Assembly (NCBI GenBank): GCA_963668315.1
Contig: OY764216.1
Span: 4,000,001 to 4,064,000, forward strand
From: Spirochaetia bacterium
GTDB lineage: Bacteria; Spirochaetota; Spirochaetia; DSM-2461
Direction of reading: 5' to 3'
Length of the DNA: 64,000 bases
How positions within the stretch are numbered: the first letter of the stretch is position 1; each line of letters starts with the position of its first letter. Under the pieces are notes generated by a model, which had not been told where the DNA came from, did not search any database, and worked only from the letters and a program-made list of their open reading frames with translations. Of the stretch, positions 53,864 to 64,000 are shown in pieces. A program made the position numbers and the translations under genes.

Positions 53864-54553
53864 CTACTCCTTCACTTTTGATTGGCGGTACCAGCTGCTG
53901 GCGATGTAAACGAGAGGCGTATCGGCCAGAGCGGTGATTAATTTAAAAAGATAGGTGGTCATCAGAACCTCGGCGAAAAGACGCCCGGTCAGACTGCCCC
54001 AGAATGCGATAAAGGTGAATACAACCGAATCGATGAGCTGGCTGACGATTGTACTCATGTTGTTGCGCAGCCAGATATACTTCACTTCCGGCTTCTTCCT
54101 CTTCCAGAAATGGTAGGCCCATACATCGTGGGTCTGGCTGATGAGATAGGCGGCGAAGCTGGCCAGGGCGATGCGGGGCATGAGGGAAAAAATATCCGAC
54201 AGGCTTCCCTGGGCGAAATCATCGGCGGAAGGCTCGAAAAGCAGGGCGATATTCATCAGGACCGTCATGGCGAGGAGAGCGATGAAACCGATATACACGG
54301 CTCTCCGGGCGGTTTCCTTTCCGTAGTTTTCCGAGAGAATATCGGTAACGAGAAAACTGCCCCCGTAGATGATATTTCCCAGAGTGGCGGTTATACCGAA
54401 TATATCCACCAGCTTGAGGACCTGAATATTCGCGAGAATGCAGGCGATGGGAATCCAGCAGAACAGCCCGGTTTTACCGAAAAACCGGTAGATGATCAGG
54501 ACGGCGGAGAAGTTGAGTATGAGCATGAGAATCCAGAGGAGTTCATTACCCAC
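53864..54553 (-). CDS. Queuosine precursor transporter (YhhQ/Vut_1 family)
   Basis: ANIQVLK, TDILSENYG, PRIALAS..AYLISQ..DV, WLRNN.ST.VSQLIDS, DTP.VY. Confidence 0.9.
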   Translation of the reverse strand: MGNELLWILMLILNFSAVLIIYRFFGKTGLFCWIPIACILANIQVLKLVDIFGITATLGNIIYGGSFLVTDILSENYGKETARRAVYIGFIALLAMTVLMNIALLFEPSADDFAQGSLSDIFSLMPRIALASFAAYLISQTHDVWAYHFWKRKKPEVKYIWLRNNMSTIVSQLIDSVVFTFIAFWGSLTGRLFAEVLMTTYLFKLITALADTPLVYIASSWYRQSKVKE

Positions 54554-56699
54554 AGGAAGCCTCTGTTCCGTCCAGCCCCTTCAGGGAGAGGCCGATTCTC
54601 TTGCGGACGGTGTCCACCTGTATGACCCTCACATTAACCTGCTGGTTCACGCGCACCACTTCGGCAGGATCTTTCACGAAACGGTCGGCCATTTCACTGA
54701 TATGGATAAGACCGTCCTGATGCACACCGATGTCCACAAAGGCCCCGAAGGCGGTCACATTCGTCACGATGCCGGGAAGAATCATTCCCTCCGCCAAATC
54801 CTCCAGGCTGTGAACCGATTCGTCGAAGGAGAATATTTCGTAGGGGTCCCGGGGATCAAGGCCGGGCTTTTTCAGTTCCCTGAGAATATCGTTGACCGTG
54901 GGCAGCCCCCTTTCCCGGTCGGTATAATCCGCCGGCTTGAGAGATTTGAGCAGCTTCTCATTGCCGATAAGCTCGGTCACCTGAACGCCCAGGCTGCGGG
55001 CCATTTTTTCCACGATATCATAGCTTTCGGGATGGACGCCCCCCTGATCAAGGGGTTCGGAACCGTCGGTAATACGCAAAAAACCGGCGCTCTGTTCAAA
55101 GGCTTTCTTTCCCATTCCCTTGACTTTGAGAAGCTCCCTGCGGCAGCCGAAGCGTCCGCCCCTCTGATGCCTTTCGGCCACTATCCGGGCGGCGAGGGCC
55201 TTGTTCAATCCCGAGATATGGGTCAGCAGGGCTTCACCGGCGGTATTCAGATTCACTCCTACCCGGTTGACGCACTCTTCGACAACATCATCCAGGGAAG
55301 ATTTGAGGGCTTTCTGATCCACATCGTGCTGATACTGTCCGACTCCGATGGAACGGGGGTCGATCTTTATCAGTTCCGACAGGGGATCCATGAGACGGCG
55401 GCCGATGGAAACGGCGCCCCGCACGGTGACGTCCTTGTCGGGAAATTCCCGCCGTCCTTCCTCGCTGGCGGAATACACGGAAGCCCCGCTTTCGTTCACG
55501 GAGATGATCGGAATATCCTTGAGAAAAGAGAGTTCCCTGAGAAACGCCTCCGTCTCCCGCCCTGCCGTGCCGTTTCCCACGGCCGCGGCTTCAAAGCGGT
55601 ATTTCTTGAAAAGGCCCTCGATCCTGGCGGCGGCCTGTTCCGTCTTGTTATGGGGAGCGGTGGGATAGATGACGTCGTCGTAGAGAAGCGCCCCGTCCCT
55701 GTCCAGAACAACCAGTTTGCAGCCCGTTCGGAACCCCGGGTCCAGGGCGAGTATCCTTTTTTCCCCCAGGGGGGAGGCCATTAGCATTTCGGAAAGGTTT
55801 CTTGAAAAGATTTCTATGGAGCAGCGGTCGCTCTCTTCCTTGAGGGCATTGCGGTACTCCTTTTCCAGGGATGGCTCGAGGAGCCTCTTATAGCTGTCGC
55901 TCAGGGCCTCTTCCACAGGGGTGCTGTTATTTTTCGTCCGGCTCAGGTAGTAATAACTGATTTTGCTGATTCCCTCGTCCCGGTCGGGATGGATTTTTAC
56001 CGACAGGATTCCTTCCTTCTCTCCCCTGAAAAGAGCCAGGAGCGTATGGGAAGCCACATGGGCCGCACGGCCGGTCCAGTCATAATAATCGGCATATTTG
56101 CCCTGCTCGTCCTTCTCCCTACTGCGGACTTTGGAAACAATTACGGAGCGCTGGAAAAAGAGATCCCGCAGCTTCTGCCGGGTAGTGCTGTTTTCACTGA
56201 TTTCCTGGGCCAGTATATCCTGGGCCCCTTTGAGGGCTTCCTCACGGGAAATTCCGGCTTTACGGGCATATACCCCCGCCAGAGACTCGATACGGGGATT
56301 ATCCCTGTCGAATAACTCTATTTTCAGACCTTCCAGCCCGAGTTCCCTGGCGACATCGGCTCTGGTCTTTCTTTTGGATTTATAGGGAAGATAGAGGTCT
56401 TCCAGCTCCGCCGGAGTCTCCGCGCCCAGGATATCCCGGCGCAGGGAGTCGGTCATTTTGCCCTGTTCCTCGATGGATTCAAGTATGAACTGGCGCCGTT
56501 TCTCCCGTTCTTCCAGCTTTGCCGATAAATCCCGGAGAGCCAGAATCGTCTCATCGGTCATTCCGCCGGTCTTTTCCTTCCGGTAACGGGCAATGAAGGG
56601 AACGGTGGCTCCCTCTTCCAGAAGATTAATGGCGGCTAAAACATTTGCTTCCTTAAGCTTCAACTTACCGGCAATCTCGGTTATCAGCAAATCAGTCAT
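54546..56699 (-). CDS. tex: Tex transcription accessory protein
   Basis: GATVPFIARYRKE, LEDLYLPYK, DPGFRTGCK, ESGASVYSAS, IGVGQYQHD, C-terminal S1 domain. Confidence 0.96.
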   Translation of the reverse strand: MTDLLITEIAGKLKLKEANVLAAINLLEEGATVPFIARYRKEKTGGMTDETILALRDLSAKLEEREKRRQFILESIEEQGKMTDSLRRDILGAETPAELEDLYLPYKSKRKTRADVARELGLEGLKIELFDRDNPRIESLAGVYARKAGISREEALKGAQDILAQEISENSTTRQKLRDLFFQRSVIVSKVRSREKDEQGKYADYYDWTGRAAHVASHTLLALFRGEKEGILSVKIHPDRDEGISKISYYYLSRTKNNSTPVEEALSDSYKRLLEPSLEKEYRNALKEESDRCSIEIFSRNLSEMLMASPLGEKRILALDPGFRTGCKLVVLDRDGALLYDDVIYPTAPHNKTEQAAARIEGLFKKYRFEAAAVGNGTAGRETEAFLRELSFLKDIPIISVNESGASVYSASEEGRREFPDKDVTVRGAVSIGRRLMDPLSELIKIDPRSIGVGQYQHDVDQKALKSSLDDVVEECVNRVGVNLNTAGEALLTHISGLNKALAARIVAERHQRGGRFGCRRELLKVKGMGKKAFEQSAGFLRITDGSEPLDQGGVHPESYDIVEKMARSLGVQVTELIGNEKLLKSLKPADYTDRERGLPTVNDILRELKKPGLDPRDPYEIFSFDESVHSLEDLAEGMILPGIVTNVTAFGAFVDIGVHQDGLIHISEMADRFVKDPAEVVRVNQQVNVRVIQVDTVRKRIGLSLKGLDGTEASCG

Positions 56700-56808
56700 G
56701 CTAACCAATGTAACATGTTTACCGGGGAAAAAGAATAACGAAAAGGTAAATTCTTGGGGGTTTTTTCCCTTTTCCCCTGCCCCTCCTGATAAAAGAAAGG
56801 ATTAAACC

Positions 56809-60415
<3,607 letters not shown>

Positions 60416-60457
60416 TTATGTCTCGCAATCGGGAACACCAACCGGTTAACATAACAA

Positions 60458-60529
<72 letters not shown>

Positions 60530-60650
60530 CTTTAAATAATTCATTCTAATATAATAATTTAGAATGAATGCCAAATGAACAACTACCGTAACAACGGCGT
60601 TTTATCATTCCACTGTAGCCAAGAGTGTAGCCACTCTTAAGGAACATGAT

Positions 60651-61544
60651 ATGCGCCGTTTTGATCTTTATAAGCGTGACAAAATCTATTATGCCCGTCT
60701 TTATAACCCGGAAACCAAACAAAGAACCCATGGAAGGTCGACGGGAAAGACAGATAGGGATGAAGCTGCCTACATTGCCATGAAGATGCTTTATGAAGGT
60801 ATACCATCTGGTAAGGATAAGAATCCTCGTGATCCGGTAGAATTCTTTTCCATTGATAATCTAATCTATCAACTTAACCATGCCCCTCTTACCCAAGATG
60901 ATCTACCTCGTATTCTAAACGCGTTGAAGAATCGAGGATTCATAGACTCAGCCAAGGTATCAAACCGAAACAATGAGACTCTCGTCTCTTTTCTACTAAG
61001 GTTCTGGGATTATGAGAAATCACCCTATATACAGGAACGCCTGGCTCATAAAAACCGAATAACAAAGAATCATGCCCAGAATAAAACAAACAACATTGAG
61101 AAGTACTGGAAGAAGTTTTTCAAGAAGACTCCCCTTCTCGATCTTACCAGACAGCAAATCAAAGATTTCCATATCTGGCTTGATAAACAATATAAGACAG
61201 ATTCAAATGGTAAGAGATTGGAAGGGAAATTGGCACCAGCCACCATGAATAATATTCTAAAGGCAGGAACCATAGCACTACGATGGGCCTTTCTGGAAAA
61301 GATCATTCCTGAAAATCCATGTGAAGGGATTTCGCTTTTCTCAGGCAAATCAGAAAAGAGAGGAATACTCTCCAATGAAGAAGTCAAGAAACTTTTCAGC
61401 AAAGGAAAATGGGTTGGAAATCCTGGAAACCGATTAGGAAATCTGGTTGCCATGCAGACCGGCTTAAGACAGGGAGAGATCGTTGCCCTCAAAGTCAAAG
61501 ATATTCGTCCAGATCGTCTTCTTGGCATTCCCCCAATAATGTAG
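60651..61544 (+). pseudogene. Tyrosine recombinase/integrase truncated by an IS
   Basis: Arm-binding-like N-terminus (RSTGKTDRDEA), LAPATMNN, ENPC, box I TGLRQGEI. The final GIPPIM* is read from the IS end; HxxR and the catalytic Tyr are absent. Confidence 0.88.
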
Positions 61545-61549
61545 ACACT

Positions 61550-62359
61550 TTATTCCTTTAAATACTTTGTCTCATATTCCATGGGGCTTAGCTTTCCTAA
61601 ATGACCATGCCTTCTCTTCGGATTATAAAACAACTCGATATAATTGAAAATATCTTTTCTGGCATCCTCCCTGGTTTTATAGATTTTATTCTTAATTCTT
61701 TCCCTTTTCAGATTTGAAAAGAAAGATTCAATTACAGAATTATCCCAACAGTTACCCCTTCGGCTCATACTGGGGTCCAATTTGTGAAACTCACAAAAGT
61801 CTTCCCAATCCTTACTGGTAAATTGACAGCCCTGATCAGAGTGAATGAGAACAGGCTTCTTAGGATTTCTCCTTTTTACAGCCATAAATAAAGCGTCCAT
61901 GACTAAAGAAGCCTTCTGATGACAATTCATAGACCAACCGACAACCCCTCGATTGAACAGATCCAGAACAACGGCCAAGTACAACCATCCTTCATGAGTA
62001 CGGATATACGTGATATCAGTACACCACGCTTTATTGGGTTCTTCTACGGTGAACTCCCTATTCAGAATATTCTCCTGATAAACGTCTCCAGGAACCCAAG
62101 GTACATGATGCTTCTTTCTACGATAAGCACCTTTAATTCCTGCTTCTTTCATCAATTTGGCTATTCTGTTTACGCTATAGCTATATCCAGCATCTTTAAA
62201 ATCTTCATGGATATTTGGACTTCCATAGACTTGTCCACTCTCCTCCCAGTAAAAGCGAATCAATTCTGTGATCTTCTTATTCTCTGTGGTACGGGGAGAT
62301 TCTGGTTCTTTTATCCATCTGTAAAATCCAGAGGGCTGAACATTTAATACTCTACACAT
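61550..62359 (-). CDS. IS3 transposase OrfB (DDE), expressed by -1 frameshift
   Basis: WCTDITYI, HSDQGCQF, SMSRRGNCWDN..IESFF, FYN..RRH motifs; frame is open upstream to the slippery site. Confidence 0.93.
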   Translation of the reverse strand: MCRVLNVQPSGFYRWIKEPESPRTTENKKITELIRFYWEESGQVYGSPNIHEDFKDAGYSYSVNRIAKLMKEAGIKGAYRRKKHHVPWVPGDVYQENILNREFTVEEPNKAWCTDITYIRTHEGWLYLAVVLDLFNRGVVGWSMNCHQKASLVMDALFMAVKRRNPKKPVLIHSDQGCQFTSKDWEDFCEFHKLDPSMSRRGNCWDNSVIESFFSNLKRERIKNKIYKTREDARKDIFNYIELFYNPKRRHGHLGKLSPMEYETKYLKE

Positions 62360-62406
62360 TGGTCTGACGGGAAAATTACATCTATGTTCTTTGATGAAGG
62401 CGTACT

Positions 62407-62691
62407 TTACTGGGCATCGCTCGCAAAGTACGCTGCCTTTTTTAGGATGTCACGCTCCATCTTCAATTTTCGGATTTCCGCCTTGAGCTTTTTGTTCTCT
62501 TCCTCTGTTTCTGAGAGCTTCTTTTTATCTTTTGATTCACCTGACTTCCAGCCTGCTTTTTTCAGCCAGGCATAAAGGGTGACATCACTGATCCCAATGG
62601 CTTTTGATACCTCAAGAACACTGTGTCCTTCTTCCATAACTAGCTTGATTGCTTCTGCTTTGAATTCCTCTGTATAAGGACTCGTTGACAT
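62407..62691 (-). CDS. IS3 transposase OrfA
   Basis: YTEEFKAEAIKL HTH, leucine zipper, ERDILKKAA; AAAAAAG slippery site at 62443-62437. Confidence 0.92.
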   Translation of the reverse strand: MSTSPYTEEFKAEAIKLVMEEGHSVLEVSKAIGISDVTLYAWLKKAGWKSGESKDKKKLSETEEENKKLKAEIRKLKMERDILKKAAYFASDAQ

Positions 62692-62795
62692 CTAAATACT
62701 CCTTAGTTTCTAAGTATATCAGGTGTCTACAATTTCGGGGGAATGCCAGAAGAAGAATACTTCCCCTCGCAGAGGATATCCTCACGTCATCTATG

Positions 62796-62853
62796 TTGAC
62801 ATATTTACAAATAATCAGTAGTATATCGCACGTAGTATTACTTTGTAATACTA
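62796..62853 (+). promoter_or_regulatory. sigma70 promoter plus 9-3-9 palindromic operator
   Basis: TTGACA (62796)-N17-TAGTAT (62819); TAGTATTAC-TTT-GTAATACTA at 62833-62853. Confidence 0.75.
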
Positions 62854-62873
62854 AAGTATTGTGAGGTCTCTAA

Positions 62874-63809
62874 GTGATTACATCATTCATTGAAGAATTT
62901 TCCCTATATTTCATTTCCCTTATACTGGAAGCCTCCGGATTCGTTTAGATTGGAAGCATAATAGGAAGCATTATTGACGAGTTTCTCCCGGAAGACACTA
63001 TCCCCCGACTAATGGGGGACAGGACTTTCGGATCGATTTTCATCGCCGGATTGATAGGTTTGATTCTTCCCATCTGTGAATGCGCCATCGTACCCATCGC
63101 AAAAAAGCTTATGCAAAAAGGGACTCCCCCCGCCGTGGCCATCACCTTTATGCTCGCCGTCCCCATCGTGAATTCCATAGTGAGCCTATCGACGTTCGTG
63201 GCTTTTTCTTCGAACTTCCCAATAGTTCTTATCCGCCTCTTTTCCGGTTATATTCTCTCCATCCTCATAGGAATGATTTTCCTTTCCCCCCTGAAGAAAA
63301 ACAGGGACCGTTTCATTCTCTCCGCAGACAATCGCCACAGCGGATGCTGCTGTTCCCATCACCATCAAGGTGCAATATCCCTGAAAGAGAAATTAGGACA
63401 TATGGCCATCCATACGTGGATAGAGTTTTCCGGAGCCGCCGGCTATCTGTTCATCGGAGCGGGCATAGCGGCCTTTTTCCATTGTTCCGTCCCCATGGGG
63501 CTACTCGACGTATTCAACCGCTTTCCCGGAGGGGATAAGCTTTTCATGATGGCATCCGCATTAATTCTAAACCTCTGCAGCGAAGCGGATGCTTTTGTCG
63601 CCAGAAGCTACTCCGTTCATTTTTCTCCTTCCGCCCTGATGGCGTTTATGGTACTGGGTCCTATGCTGGATATAAAACTACTGGCCATGTATAGAACCAT
63701 CTTCAAACCGCGGATGATCATTATCCTTGCCATAACGATCTTTCTATCAGTCTTCCTATGGATTTCCCTACTCGATGCAGCCGGTATTTTCCGGGGGGTA
63801 TCTCAATGA
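62874..63809 (+). pseudogene. DUF318/ArsP (YcgR-like) permease with an in-frame TAG at codon 25
   Basis: GTG start after GAGGT reads VITSFIEEFSLYFISLILEASGFV*IGSII..., in frame with LPICECAIVP, CCCSHHH, LCSEADAFVA and GPMLDIK. Confidence 0.8.
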
Positions 63810-64000
63810 AAAAAAACTATTTTCCTATCCATCTGCTGATGGCCAGCATCGGCGGACTCTTCTGGGGAACCCTCTGCCGAAGAGACTCCGGACGCTGCCT
63901 GGCTGAAAAGTTTATCCATCCCCGATTCCTCTGGATTCCCTATCTTACCTTGTTCATCTTTCTGGCCATTACTTTGTATTTTTTACACCTCGCCTTTTCG
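63806..64000 (+). CDS. YcgQ/TIGR03943-like membrane protein, 5' part
   Basis: ATGA overlap with the permease; MKKNYFPIHLL...KFIHPRFLW... carries the (Y/F)IHPR motif; runs off the window. Confidence 0.6.
   Translation, partial: MKKNYFPIHLLMASIGGLFWGTLCRRDSGRCLAEKFIHPRFLWIPYLTLFIFLAITLYFLHLAFS

Larger units (their letters stand above)
61523..62748 (-). mobile_element. IS3-family insertion sequence (1226 bp)
   Basis: Terminal IRs TGGCATTCCCCCAATAATGTAGACAC / GTGTCTACAATTTCGGGGGAATGCCA (TG...CA ends) enclosing orfA and orfB. Confidence 0.95.

Noticed and set aside
54553..54700. preQ1 riboswitch upstream of the queuosine precursor transporter
   Set aside because: The gene start overlaps the tex stop, so there is no leader, and no preQ1 motif was seen.
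54492..55784. Long antisense ORFs here and at 13060-14166, 22005-23099, 31872-33023 and 58007-59299
   Set aside because: Each lies opposite a well-supported gene and lacks motifs or translation signals.
62750..62863. RRILPLAEDIL... frame after the IS as the integrase continuation
   Set aside because: Only a superficial resemblance; the frame closes quickly, has no HxxR or catalytic Tyr motif, and runs over the permease promoter.

Overview
64-kb bacterial chromosome segment, inferred to be from a free-living Spirochaetales organism (spirochete-type LptD, STAS/anti-sigma pair, single-tRNA rrn spacer). It is mostly housekeeping: ilvC 3' end, a sugar (probably fucose) cluster, htrA, rnz with a Gld-like ABC system, gpsA, a lone recC, lplA, an MMPL/LolA-like/outer-membrane triad, kduI-IclR, rlmN, lon, a complete minus-strand rrn operon (16S-tRNA-Ile-23S-5S), HD-GYP signalling, lptD-uvrA-ispG, rsmE, tex and a GH2 beta-galactosidase. 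After tRNA-Gly an AT-richer island remnant begins, with a truncated integrase, an IS3-family element lacking a target duplication, and a permease carrying an in-frame TAG. The most interesting signals are not in the ORF track: (1) a head-to-tail array of 37-bp hairpin repeats upstream of the rrn promoters that look like CRISPR direct repeats (ending ATTGAAAAC) but have no spacers; (2) a sigma54 promoter with candidate enhancer palindromes driving a small PspG-like membrane protein; (3) about 13 genes with leaderless promoter architecture; (4) an unlisted 57-aa ORF coupled to htrA; (5) several clean operator palindromes. All calls come from reading the sequence by eye; no database searches were run.
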